A stretch of 63,656 bases of DNA, counting the filler, from Stramenopiles sp. TOSAG23-3 (taxonomy: Eukaryota), in assembly GCA_900128585.1 (NCBI GenBank). It is 9 parts of 9 records of this genome, joined end to end, with 100 filler letters (N's around TTAATTAATTAA, not from the genome) between each part and the next. Parts side by side here need not be neighbours in the genome. Positions count along the whole stretch, not along the records: positions 33,933 to 45,104 come from LT642752.1; positions 45,205 to 56,373 come from LT642753.1; 7 more parts are not named here. One strand, given 5' to 3'. Shown in pieces: positions 33,933-47,608 of the stretch. The notes beneath the pieces were generated by a model. That model made no database searches. It was not told the origin of the DNA and was given only the letters and a program-made list of their open reading frames with translations. A program made the translations under genes and the position numbers. Positions within the stretch are counted from its first letter, which is position 1. The number at the start of each line of letters is the position of its first letter.

Positions 33933-36900
33933 TCGGGGGCTTGACTTCTCCCAGAATAAAAGTCGCCTCTGTCCGAAAGACTACTTGTCCTCCTCGAAGT
34001 GCGATTTTAAGCACTGAGAACGTCAGGGCAGTTCTTGAGAGTAGATGCATACAGAGAGTCATAAATGACCATGTTGAGACTACGTTTTGTCCCCCACAGG
34101 TATGTTATTCAAAATCACGTGTAGATAATGCAAACTCAAAATGGGTCAAATGTTACGTAGATAAGTATCACAAAATCAACCGGCTATTTAGAGTGGTTCA
34201 GTGGGACCAGGACGATTTGGGCATGAAACCTAAATGGGTTAGTCGATTGAATTTAATATTAGCATCGTTTGAGAATAAGGAGGGTTTTGAGGCAAGTCTT
34301 ATAGACGCACAGGAATCCCTGAAGGTGGAGGAGGATGCGCTAACGGCATGCATGACGTTGAATTGTTTAGCTAGTGAATATGCCTCTCCCCCGAAGGAAA
34401 GCTTAGTAGCGTGTATACTTCAAAAGGTGAATGTTACCATTGATGACCAAAAGAGCAAAGAAATTTTGGCGATGTTAGTTGAAGAAACCAAACAACTTTA
34501 TATGCGAATTGACGTAATATTGGCTTTTCGAAATCAGACAGGAAAATGCATGTTTTTCAGTAAAACAATTCTCCCGTCTATTGCTAAATTGATTTACCCC
34601 GCGGATATTGTGGCAAGCCCAGAAGTGCTTATTTATCATGCTTCCCCGCATGCGGCACGGCAGAGAAGCAAACGGTTGTTTTCTACTGTACGCCACCCAG
34701 CGATTTCTTCGCCTACTTTGATTCGATTCCAAAGTGAAATTCGACGGGTTCATTTGTCGCTCGTCAAGAGAAGTTGTGAGGTTATCACCGCACCATCAGA
34801 GTTGGTTACACTTGAGAAGTTTCGATCTGATGTGCTTGAGGCTTTTCAAAACTTCCAACTCTACATTATGGATTATTGGTTCAAACCTATTCTAAACCGA
34901 TCGCGGCGAATGCATACTTCATGGGACTGCATCATTTTTCCGAACCGTTTAAACAAGGGTAAGTTTCCTTTGAAAAGATGGGAAGCTGAAGCGTGTAAAA
35001 GAACACGTGACAGGTTTTTTCATATGCTCCGCATGACTTGCAATGCTGCTTTAACGCATGCGAAAGATTGCTTGTACAGCAGTTTAAAACAAATTGTGTT
35101 CCAACAAAGCAACCCCACTAAGTTGCCCCGGTTATTGAAAGGCGAGGATCCTAGTGTTCGAAGAATGCACTTTCAGGTTGAATGTGATGTCCGGCCGCTA
35201 AATAACGGGAGAGGATTCAACAATTCGGTACAGGTTTCCCCCAGCGTGGACAATTTCCAATGCGTTTTTTCCAATTTTGTACAAATCGCAAATGGCATTG
35301 TGCACCGATATAATGAAGAAATTCAATCTAAATTGAGCAATATGAATGCCCCAAGCGTTGCTGAAGTCAAGAATTTTCAGTTCGATCTTAACAAAACTGG
35401 TTTTATATGTGGATGCGGTAGGTGGGAAATATGTGAAATATGCGAGGCTAGCACGCCCGAAGAATTACAAATTATTTCGCTGCTGCACGGTGAAATTGAT
35501 CGTCTACTGCAAAAACCAATAAGCACAATTCTGCAATTGTCCTCTCACGAGGATGTTGTTTTGGGTAGCGATGCCAGAAGAAAGTGGGTAATAGATTGGT
35601 ACAAGCAGTTTGCAAATATGCAATCGATGGTAGATGCACTGCCATTTATTTTTGAATCGAATTTTGCTGCATGCCATGATGTTGTATGCTCAAATTCATC
35701 ATTAGTGTTAGAGAACGATTTATTTATACTAAGTTTGGTCAGCTACAAAACCATATTGTGCGAAAGTTGGCAATTGCTTAGCAGACAGCTAGGACAAGCG
35801 CTGGTTGGAAAAGTGAACGTTGTTTGCCGTGTAGCTTTTGAAAAATATTCAGAGATAGTCAATAATTTAAACGCCCCAATAGCAACTGCCCAGGAGTTAC
35901 AGGAAAGAATTGAATTTGTCTCAACTCTCGATCACCAAGTTGCAGAACTTAAAGGCATGTACGAAAGATGTGCATACGTTTATGATGCACTCAATGAGAT
36001 TGCATCTGTAACTTCAGAAAACGACTGTTTTGCACTGCGCTGGGAGACTGCCCGATTTCCAAGTGTAATAATCACAACTATACCGGAGACTATGAAAACC
36101 ATAAAACGCTGTGCCGAAACATTTACTAATGACATATCCAAAGGCGAAACTGCATTTTTTGAGCAATGCAAGCTTGCACTAGAAGCCGTCGCGCCACTCC
36201 GACACTATTCGCTGGCAGACCTTTCCGAAGCAGGGGTATTTGCGTACAATACCGCAAAAGCGGCAGACAACTTGAGCATATGCCAGAAGCGTGCTCAGCA
36301 ACTAGTTATTGATCGACAAATTTTAGGGATGGATAGTGTCGACTACGGTCACGTAGCAAATGGCTACACGGAGGCGCAACATTACGCTCGATTATGGCAG
36401 TTGGCCAATGAAATTGAGCAATTTTATGACCAGATTATGGGGCGGCAAGTAAATCTGTATTCTCATCGAGAAGGGAATCGGCTCGTCAACTTGTGGCTAC
36501 CGAGGTTACACGAAATTAAAAGGGTGTTTTCCAGCATCCCAATACCATACAGGGTTATAGAATCACTGACGAGTAAGCTGGTCACGTTAAAAAAGCACCG
36601 AAGCATTTTTCCTCTGCTAACTGCGGAAACTTTACGTCCACGACATTGGGCTATCTTGAGAGAAAGACTGGGATTGGACGCTTTTGAACAGAATGATTTT
36701 ATTGTAGGCAACGCTGCAAACGATCGAAAACGGTTGGAAAAACCGTTTCTGATGAAAGAAGCTTATGGGATTCTTTTGAAGCATGTCGGGGGCATTCGTT
36801 CTTGTGTCATGCAGTCAAAAAGAGAGAACGAAATTGAGCTTATGCTGGAAGCAATGAAAGCCGAGTGGGGAAACTTAGTCGTTCGGGTGGAGCCTATTGA

Positions 36901-39900
36901 CTTTCAGTTTGACGACCCTGTTTCAAGCCCAAATGGTACGGCAAAGCATAAAACCAAACCAGACGTAGTCTTTCAAGCGATTGATAATGCAGCTCAGCTG
37001 CAGGAAGTAGCGACGGATCAGCTCGTACAAACGAACAAACTGATTGCCGTACGATATGCAGCTTGGCACCTTCAGGATCTGGAGTTTTGGCAAAATTATC
37101 TTCAGGGAGCGATTGAGACCATAGAGCTATGGCAAAATTGTGAAAAAGTTTGTAAATCCGTCGTTCCATTGTGTATAAGGCTCGATACGTTGAAATGCAC
37201 TTCCACCAATTTCAGTGAGATGATAAATTTGTTGAAGAGAAAGTGGCAAACAGTGATTGAAGACGCAATATATTCTAGAACTGCTCAAAACTTTTTCGGA
37301 AACTCAGAATTACACAAATATGTAGCCGATACGTGCACTTCGGTATATCAGCTGTCTTATTCAATTCAAGGTTTCTTGTACAAGAAAAAGACAGAGTATC
37401 CCCCGCTTTTTTTCATTAAAGACAGCATTTTAACTGACATGCTTGGGCTGGAAAAAGTGGACTTTGGGTTAGTTGCAAAATGTATTCCACATGTTAAGGA
37501 TATTTCCCAAAGCAGTGACGAACAAGGAAATATTTACGTAAACAAAATTGTTACTTCTTGCGATGAAATTATTTCACTCACTAATCCTATTTTCGTTGGT
37601 AGTTCTGTAGAAATTGGGGAAATATGCAATTCAATTTCAAACGAAATGAAAGAATCGATAAAACTTAGCAATGATAAAATCAACATCTTGCATTTAGGCG
37701 AAAACTTGATTCAGTGGATCATGAAAACTGACATAGTCCTTCAAATCAAAATTCTTCGTCTGCGCCAACTTTGGTGCCAATCTATCGAACGGGTTATGTC
37801 AGCTCAAAATATTCCACACCCCTATGAAGATATTTTGCAGCAATTTCAAAATTTGGCATTCACTGTTCTTTCTAAAATTCCGCATTCAAGCGACAAATTA
37901 CGATTCACACTTTCTTGCGTCTATGCGGTTTTGCAGCCAATGATAACGCAATTGGAGTTGTTAAGGTGCAACTCATGTGTCGACTCGAGCAGTTACGAAT
38001 GGACAATTATCCCAAGGGTATACGACCGCACAGAACAATCCAGTAAATCTACGATGACTATTGCTATACACGAACACGAGATAGAGTACCGGTACAGTGT
38101 GTTTAACTTTCCACAGTCGTATTGTCTCGTGATTTCATCGATAACAGAGCGGTGTATCTTTGCAATTTTACAGCATGTTGGGTCTCTTGTAGGTGCTGTT
38201 GTTTCCGGGCCAATTGGGTCTGGTAAAAGTTCTTCAATAATAGCAGCTGCAGAACTTTGTGGCTCTGCATTAACGTTTTTGTCGTGGAACATATTATCGG
38301 TTGAAAAGACGTTCAATGATACATTTCGAGGAATATTGGGAGGTGGTAATTGGGTATGCCTAGAGGGACTAGAACACTGTTCCCCTACTGTGCTCTCCGC
38401 ACTGGCAACCATTATTTTGCGAATGCGATCTCTGGGTCAGACTCAATCGATTAGTGTTGGTGGGAAGGGTACACGAGTTCATCGTCATTCTCACTTTTTA
38501 GGTTTAATGGCGTTCCCTCTTAGCTACAAGCAAAAGCAATTTTTTGCTTCCTCTACGAAGGATATTTTATTAAATCCTCGAGCAGGCTTTCCTGCCATTC
38601 ACACAGTTTCTATGCCATCTTGGAAGCGAACTGCTGAACTGATGATTGCCACCAGCGGAATCCCAAATTTAGGAATGTACGAAAATAAAGTCGAGGCTCT
38701 TTTCAAAGAAGTAAACGATCGGTATTGTAAACACAACAAATTTTATAGATCCATTTTAGCAAAACCATTGGGGTTTATAACCCTGGGGAAAATTATAAGA
38801 AATGTTCAATCTCAAATGTTGAAGAATTTGGATTCTTATCGTGATCTGCATGTACAAATTTGGATTAATGCACTTCGAGAAACTTTGCATTCAAGTATAA
38901 ATACACCTGATCATTCGTGGTTAGACTGTACGATTTATACTATGTTTTTGGGAAAAGGTGACATCCCCGTTCCAACTGTAGACGCCAAAGAAGAGTCTGC
39001 ATTCAGGCTAAAAATGGAAGAGTTGAATGTTGCAATATCGTCTCGGAAAGGATTATACATAGTTGGATCGTCTATGGTTGGAAAATCATCGATCCTTAGA
39101 AAATGTGCGAGCGAGAGCCTTGGGGCAAAATACATCACGGTTTTACTTCCAGGAACACTTAGCCCACCCGTACTGTACGGTTCTTTCGACAGTCTTGAGC
39201 AATGGAATCCCGGGGTAATTGAAGTTATTCTTGCAAGTGCCAAAGAGGGAGATGATCGTGTGAAAACTACAAAAAATAAGGAGAACTGGGTAGTTTTTGA
39301 TGGAGAAATTGATGAGCTTTGGTTCTCCATAATCAGTTCCGTGCTAAGAAAACCAGAACATTTCAATTGGGGAAGCAAAGCTACGATCAATGGTGGCAGA
39401 GGTTATAAGTACATATTTGAAGTTACTGACTTAAAATCATTGTCTCCCTCGGGAATCTACAATTGCGCTACTGTTCACATGGGCGAAGACGTGATATCAT
39501 GGCGCAAATTTGCAATTATGTTTATAAATCAAACGTTCGTCGAACAGCGTATTTGCGGATATATAATACTTTTAATTGACGAGATCTTGCCTGATGTGTT
39601 TCAACTGTCTCCAAATGTAAGCAATCATACGAAGAAACTACTGACAAATCAATTTTTGCTTATGCTGAGGTCAATCGTTCCTAAAAACATGAGGTCAGAC
39701 TCTACCAAAAAGAATATTCGCAAGAAACCGGTCGTATTGAAAAGATGGCAAAAGGCTTCTGAGACAATTACAGATAATGTACGAAAAGCAAGAAAACAAG
39801 AAATGAAAACTAATTCTGAGTTTTCGCAAATGGAATTGCTGGTTAACTCCGGGGACAACAATCTTACGATATTGCGAGCATCTGTTGTCTTTTCTATAGA

Positions 39901-42900
39901 GTGGGCTTTCCGCACGTTTACTGGAGAAAGCAACTTTTCTGAAAATTTTATGGTTATACTTAAAGCGAAGCTCCCCTCTGTCTTTTTGGCTGTTCCAAAA
40001 GGTTTGACTATTCACGATTGCTTTTACGACCGTGGCCAAAATACTTGGACAAAATGGGAGGCGTTGCAGACTACTTATAATTCACAATTTACAAAGGGCA
40101 ATACCGTTCGACAGAACAAAACCCCAAGTAACCACGGCCAAGAATCGCTGTCGTGGATTGTTGCGCCTACGCAAAATATTTTGCGAACCAGCTGGGTTTT
40201 GCCACAATTGGTTCAATCTCGCCAACATGTTTACCTAGCAGGTCCTTCTGGGAGTGGGAAAACATGTTCTTGGAAATTTGCTCTGTCATTTTCTCAAATG
40301 GACTCGCACAGTACACTATGTACTCATTTGCATAGCTATAGTAGTGCAAGTCAATTCGAAAAAAACTTGAGATCAAAGTTGAGTGACCGAAAAAATTGCA
40401 TAAGTGCACCTCTAAACGGACAATATTTAAATGTGATTATCGAGGACCTGAATCTTGTGATGGGAAAATCGAAGGAAATCACGACAAAATATAGAAGTCA
40501 ACAATCGGTGTTTGCTTCCATCAGGGGACGACTAAATGCCCTCCCGTGCTACAATGAGAAATTGAAATTGTTTCAAAAAATTGAAGGAGTATTGTGCCTG
40601 CTTGTTGGGCGCAGTGGATTGGACAGCGAGGAACAGAACCAGTCGCCAGAGTGGAACCGTTGCAAGCGCCACGCAGTCCATTGTTCTACGAAAGAACATT
40701 CAAAGGATGACTTTTATTCCATTCTTGCTGCTAACTGTTCCTCAACGAATACCAATTCATCGTCAATTTTAAGAAATATCGCCAAGATCTCTTCTGACGC
40801 ATTCGCTTTGTGTCGCGATATTGTAGCCACAAAAATGGGAAAAGTTAACAAGGATAGAATTAACACTTTTCGCATGGTGCGATTCTGGAAAAGGATCGTT
40901 GCAATTGTTCCCCACGTTGCGGAGCCTACCGATATACAGAGACTGTGGTGGCAAGAGCTCGGTGATTGTGTGAGTGACTATATGGCAGGTTATTACGACT
41001 CAAAAAGAATATTCAACGGAATAGCGTCATTAAATGTACAACATGACGTAGTCACACACCCGTATGACCCAAAATTTCGCATTTGGCGGCATGTCAGCAC
41101 AGGTTCATACGAAACTGTAGAATTACATGAAAAGCAAAATGAGGTATCCCCTGGCCAAGGAGATAATATTCTCCATGTTGTGCCTATGGATACCAACAAT
41201 GAAATAGTTGATGATACGGAAGAAAAGAAGGGGGAAGATGTGAGTTCAGACGATGGCATAAATGGTACAGAGATGGTAGAGGTGGAGATGGTAAGTGCCG
41301 GTGAGAGCGAGAATGAGGCAACGGAGATCGAAGATTCGGCTGGAACAGATCCAAAATCGAAATCTTTAAAAAAAGAGAAAAAGAAGAAAGGGAGAAAAGG
41401 GACAAAAGGGAAAAGTCCAAAAAAAAAGAGAAAAAAACCTCAAAAGCGTGGAAAAAATAAACGCAAGCTTTCAAAAACGAAAAAGGCGAAAAAGAACCGA
41501 AAGGGGGGGGGGGACCACGAAGTCGATGGGGCAGAAGGTGATGCGGGGGATATTGCAGAGGGAAAAGGTTTGCCTGTCTCATCAACATTTTGGCAATGTG
41601 GAATGGCAGAGCTGCTGGAACGATTTAAACTTCCTATCGACAGGTCCCAAGCGTTGATTGTAGTAATTCTTCGCTTGATTCAACAGATGCAAGACCACGA
41701 AGCAGCGTGCATCTCTACTCTAATTGCACCACCTGGTTTTCGGGGCAGATCATTTGTGCTTATTGCCGCATCTCTGTGCAAATTTCAACATATCATAACC
41801 CTGGATTCAGTTGAGAATGTATTCGAAAGGCAACTGTTTTACAAATCTTTAGAAAGCCAAATTGAAGACTCTTGTGCACTTATCATTAGGGTAAAAGACC
41901 CGAACTGCGCATCGACGGTGTGTTTTATCAATGCTTTGGTTCAATTTGCAGTAAACAAATCATTGGTTGAACTGAGGGAAATTTGTTCTTCGAATACAGA
42001 TGAAATAGCAAACAACAGTGGTGCAAACGAAGCTTTAGGACATTCAAAAATAAAAATTGTTTTATTGTTTTCCAGCATGGAAGCTTGGATCGATTTATGT
42101 ACTCGCCAGTGCTCATCCGTCTTTAGGCTAGCAGAAACCATCAATATTAGACTGGCATGGGGTTTGCGGAACACCCTGTTCGCGGTTGCTACCACAGCAT
42201 GGATGCCGTTGGTCAACAGTTTTGAGGGGGCGCTTGCTTCTGATAAAATAACGAAGAAAACAAGGGCCAAACTAGAATTGTCTCACAACCTTGACAATAT
42301 AGCCGATGCCAGCGTTGATATGTATAATTCCATGGCTCTGGCTATGACAAAGGTTTTTGATTGCAACTGCAGTGGCTATATGTGCCCTTCAAGATTTATA
42401 GATATTCTCGTCGCCGCGACGGGGTACGCACAGACTGTATTGGACCGCGATTGGAATCACCTCTTATTGTACTCCTCGACTCGTCGATCTGTCCAGTCTT
42501 TGAAGAAAGCAAAAAAAGACATCATTAAATTATTAAAAAGGCAGGACGCAAATGTAAAACAGAAACGCTTAATTAGAGATACAGCCAAGGCAAAAGTTGA
42601 CGGTGCTCTCAGTGATATCTCAAAATTTTTTGTCAACACGAACGAAGATGCTAAAAACGCAAATGAGAATGTACAATCTAGCAGAGAGAATCTAATAACC
42701 CTAGAACATATAAGAGACGAATTGACGAATTTGAAGAGCGTTATTGTGGCTCAATTGCGCTCTACAGAAGAAGACATTGTAGCTGCATTATCTCTTCTAA
42801 AAATTGATAACGTTCCCGCGCAGCCCGTGACCGACATGTTACACATATATGTATATCTGTTACAGGCTTCACACGAGAGCGATCTGATGGAAAGCAATCC

Positions 42901-44911
42901 CACTGTCAATTTATCGCATCAATGGCCTTCAACGATCGCTCACGTTATTCAGCCAGATTTCATTTCATCTATTATTAGTTTGTTGGAGGCATCAGAACTT
43001 TCTCATAGCGACGACGAATGCAAGGATGATAAGGATGATGAGAAGAAGGGCTTAGTTGCTCCCATGAGTGCAATTGAAAATGTAAACAAAAAATACAAAG
43101 AATTTATTAGACTTTGGGACACATCGTTTCAAAGCAACGAAGTCCAAGATGATAAAGGGCGCAGTATGGAACGTTGGGTTGAATTATTATTTGAAGCTTT
43201 AACAACACTGCTCAAATACAGGGTGACATGCGAGGAGGAAAACAAATCCAGGTCAGTTACGGATAAATATCAACAAGAATTTGACGACCTTATTGCTAGT
43301 CTAATGCAAACAGAAATTAGTTGTACCGAAAAACTTGATGTTTTAAACATGTGCCATGAAGAACTTGAAGAAGCTTCAGTAGCCCTGAATGAGTCCAAAG
43401 AAATGGCAGAGAACACTAGAAGCATAATGAAACGCTCAAACGCCATTCTAAAATCCATCCAATCAAAACAACATTTGTGGGATTGTATGTCGAGTCACGT
43501 TAAAGAACGATTTGTAGTTCTACCACTCCTGTCTCTGGCATTGGCATTTATTGAGAAATCTCTCGGTATATTTGGGAGGTCGGCAGACAGGATAAATCTT
43601 CTTCGAAAATGGGTGCTCCGTTCTTTGGACAAGTTTGGTGTGGATTCTTCGTTTTTGCAACACTTTTGCGACGTAATTGGTTCGTGGTGTACGGAAAAAT
43701 CTAGGGCTCTCTCTGAGAACCCCTTATCTTGGGATTCCCCGAAGAGTATCTTTGGCGTATACCGCTTATCGCATATATTGGAAGGATTTTCTAGTTCTAA
43801 GGCTTCACTCCAAAACTTTGCCGTACTTTTTCCACAGACACACTATGATCCCAAAAAGTTAAACAAATCGCTTCCACCGAACCTGGTGTGCATAGATCCG
43901 GATGGTGTCGCCCAAAAATGGCTGGTGTCCAATTTAGAGAAAAGGGGGGCTTCGTTTGAAATTGTTTCTTTTGCTTTTGAGAATTCTGGACTCGTTTGGA
44001 AGTCAAAGATAGCATTGAAGAAAAAGCTGCAAGAAGCAAGAGAGCAAGAAAAGATTATTATTTTGGAAAACGTCATTTCATTTCAATCCTTTTCTCCTTC
44101 AATTATTGAAATGTTGACTGACCAAACTGATAGAAAAAGTGGGGGGGGAAGTGCTATATACACATTTTGTAAATCAATAGAAAGTGTAACAGCGTGTGGT
44201 ATTCTTCTTTCGAAATCATTGATACTGAACTGCCAAATGTCCGAAATGGGCAACGATCCGGAGCATCTCGCTTTATCGGAGACCAACCCTGCACTTCAAC
44301 CATGGTGCGCAAAATTAATGTCAGCCTTAGTCCAGAAAACGGAGACTGAGAAGAGCCTTTGCGATACTTTATGCTCACTTGAAAAAGCAGATATAATTTT
44401 GCTCTTGAAGAACGACAGTTTTCTCATGAAATTATCTGCAGAAATAGACCAGTTAAATCTTACATCAAAAATGCTAATTGATTTGAAAGAGTGCAAACCA
44501 GCACTAAAAGGACACGACTTATTGGAGACTCGGGAAGACGTAAATGCGCTGCTAAATACTTCGAGCAGCGAAAGCGAAAATTTTCTTGAGAAAGTTATCG
44601 CTGAAGCCATCTTTTTGGGCCGTTCATCAATTGTTGAATTTAACCTAAATCTATTGAACCTCACTCTTCCCGATATCACATGGCACCTTAGCGAAAAGCT
44701 GAGTTCTCGCGGAAAAAGCATAGTGTTGTTAGACAAAACACTGCTGTCTGCCATTGAATTGAAAAATCCTTTAAATGGATGCGGTGGCATTTTTGTGATA
44801 AATGGTGAGTTGGGCGACACTTCGTCAATTCATTTACAGCTGAAAATGTGGGACCAACTTGATAGTGACACGGAAGGTGTAAGCCGGTCGGTCTTTCTCG
44901 TTGTTATATGA
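33933..44911 (+). CDS. Highly divergent axonemal dynein heavy chain-like protein (>3650 aa); 5'-partial
   Basis: Dynein landmarks in canonical order: LRPRHW, YPPLFF, YEW, AAA1 GPIGSGKS, AAA2 GSSMVGKS/LYG/WVVFDG, AAA3 GPSGSGKT/IEDLN, stalk coiled coils, IDPDG..KW. Confidence 0.88.
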
Positions 44912-45104
44912 AATATCATTTCGATAGAAACAACATCAATAAAGGTCGAAATTTTAGGTCGCTAAGCTAAAATTTCCCTACAGCGTGGAGGGGGGCTGGA
45001 ATTTTTGAGGATCGTGTCATTTTTTCAATTTGTTTTTAATGTTTTAGCTTACGTTCTTTTTTTAAATGATAAGAAAAATAATTTATCGTTTAAATGTAAA
45101 AAGT

Positions 45105-45204
45105 NNNNNNNNNNNNNNNNNNNNNNNNNNNNNNNNNNNNNNNNNNNNTTAATTAATTAANNNNNNNNNNNNNNNNNNNNNNNNNNNNNNNNNNNNNNNN
45201 NNNN
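45105..45204. other. Artificial contig linker
   Basis: N44-TTAATTAATTAA-N44. Confidence 0.99.
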
Positions 45205-45682
45205 GGCGGCCCTCCCCAGTCATAAAGCTAGTCGTCACAACTATTTTCCCCGAAACGGTATATTTTTTTAGTATGTCGGTTTTCATCGGCTCCCACAATT
45301 CTTTCAATACATCTTCTGGTCTTCTGTTTTCAGTTTCATTGCCGGCTTCGTTCGCGCTTGTGCTAGACCCATTCGCGGGGCTCCAGGTTTCTTCAATATC
45401 GACAACCTTAGCGCCCATGGCCCCCAACGGGTCAAAATCTCCTCCTGCCAGGGCCATAGCGCCCAAAGGATCTTCCTCCACGGACGGCTGTTCAGGAGAT
45501 TCTTCTGATATTGTCATTGCGCCGATTTCATCTTCTAATCCACTATCGATGCCATCGTTTCTCGACGATGACAGAATAGACATCGAGAGCGGATTTTCAG
45601 ATGACGCAGTACGTTTGCAAGAGTACGCCTCGGCTTCCGCCTGGTAGTCCCGGCGCAGGAGACGCACAGCTGAAGTACTCAT
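45205..45682 (-). CDS. VPS35L: VPS35L (Retriever subunit, C16orf62) N-terminal part; 3'-truncated
   Basis: RRDYQAE near the start, twin DPL motifs (DPLGAM..DPLGAM) and W...K..IL.KYT....V...FM match the recalled VPS35L N-terminus. ATG at 45682. Confidence 0.75.
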
Positions 45683-47608
45683 ATTACGAATAAACAAGAA
45701 GAAATAAATGTCCACACGGTATATCAACGAAAGCGTTGGGTATGTTAAACTACTTTTCGCTCTCTCACACACACACACACATTTTTTTTTTATAGAGAGA
45801 GAAAGAAATGAATGATATTTAACATTTGCACCTCTCATTCTTCGTTTCCAATTTAGATATACATAGCTCCTAAAAAACAATTTTTTTTGCTTCTTCTTCT
45901 ATCGATCTTCTAAATTATCTTCATCAATCAAAAACACACGTTGTTGTATTCTTCTTCTAATTATTATATTAATAATAAATAAATAATATAATAAAATAAA
46001 TATTTTTTCTGAGAAGAAGACGATGAATAAATATAATATAAATATAATTGAATAGCACTAATAAATATTATATTATCGATATTAATATTTACGTCGTAAT
46101 AAAATATACTATTCGTATTACGTACAGTAATAATTTATTATTTTAAAATCTTTTTTTTTTTTTGTGTTCAGTGGCGGCGGCGTTGGAATTGTCCGTCGTA
46201 TCCTTCATTATTCTATCTTGTTTTTATTAAGGGTATTTGTATATATACTGTACTAATATGTTGTGCCTTTATGTTATATTGATTCATATTACATAGTTAG
46301 AAAATGTGATTAATTTGTTTTCCTTATTTATCACAGCAATGTCCATTCCTTTGAAGAGCGGCTGTGCTGTGTACGCACAAAAGCTGAATTGATAGTCATA
46401 TTGTTATAAGTGATAAGTATAAAATGTAGTATTGTTGTAAAATCAATAAAAAACAGGTCACAACATGAATCCCGGTGGTAAATGGGTGGACGCATCTTTT
46501 TGCACCCATGCACATTAAAATAATCATCAAAATATATTTATGTACACAAAAAATCCATCATAGGGAACAGTTATATAATAGCATATACGCTTCGTATACT
46601 AATGATATTTAAAAACAGGTACAAATCGGTAGTAATCGAATGAAATACATTCGAGGACGATGTTCGTACGGGTATTATGTATTATACCGTATTATACCTG
46701 AGGTACCGTATTTCTACTATTTAATACTCTGCTGCTGCTGGCTGTGTACTAGATTGCACGCAAAGACAATTCTTCTCATCTAAAAACTTTATTTTTTAAT
46801 ACCTCAACAACCAAAAAAGGGCCAAAATATTCCAAGCAGTACTTTTTTTCATTCAATCCTCGTAGTCATTACCGGTACCAGATATAATACAGTATAAGGC
46901 GTAATGTATATTAATATTCAAGAAGAAGTAGAACAAACCAGGTTTTTGCTTTTTTGTTGAGCTGTGGTGGGTGTGTACTGTAGTATCCAAAGTATTCATT
47001 GCGGTACGACGACTTGATAAAATATAATACTCTTGTGCTCTTGTGGTACACGCTATAATACGTAAATGTGGCCCGACTTGCGGTGGCCGGCGGGTATTTG
47101 TGATTCCTTTGTTTAATATATTTGGTAGTTAGTTATTAGTCGGTCTGTTTAATTTTTTAGTTGTAGTAGTTGTATAGGTAAGTAGTGAAATTATTAAAAC
47201 TGGAAGCATTGGGAGGAAGGAGGGAGCAGGATATTCGAGGGAGCAGGATATTTTTAGCCAGCTACTTCTAATAATAATACTCCTATTATATACTACCCTA
47301 CCCGCACAACACACCTCTTTTTTTTTTTTTAATTATTATTATTATAGAACGACGACTATTATTATATTACTAATATAGTAAGGATGTTCGGACGACTGAT
47401 GCTTGTTTGACTAAAAAATAGTTTCCCATGTGAGTACCAAGGCAATCGGCAAAATTGTTACAATTGGCAAGAAATTTACTGCAAGTCGTTGACAAAGTAA
47501 AGAATCCTATTGCAAGTCATATTTTTGTTTTCATTTTATCAAGAGACGCGCTGCGAAACCAGCTACCGTAGATCCACACCAGCCTCAGACTTTGCGTGGG
47601 TATTTATT

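Noticed and set aside
44909..44965. TGA read-through or selenocysteine extending the dynein
   Set aside because: Only 17 codons follow before TAA, with no dynein-like motif and no SECIS seen.
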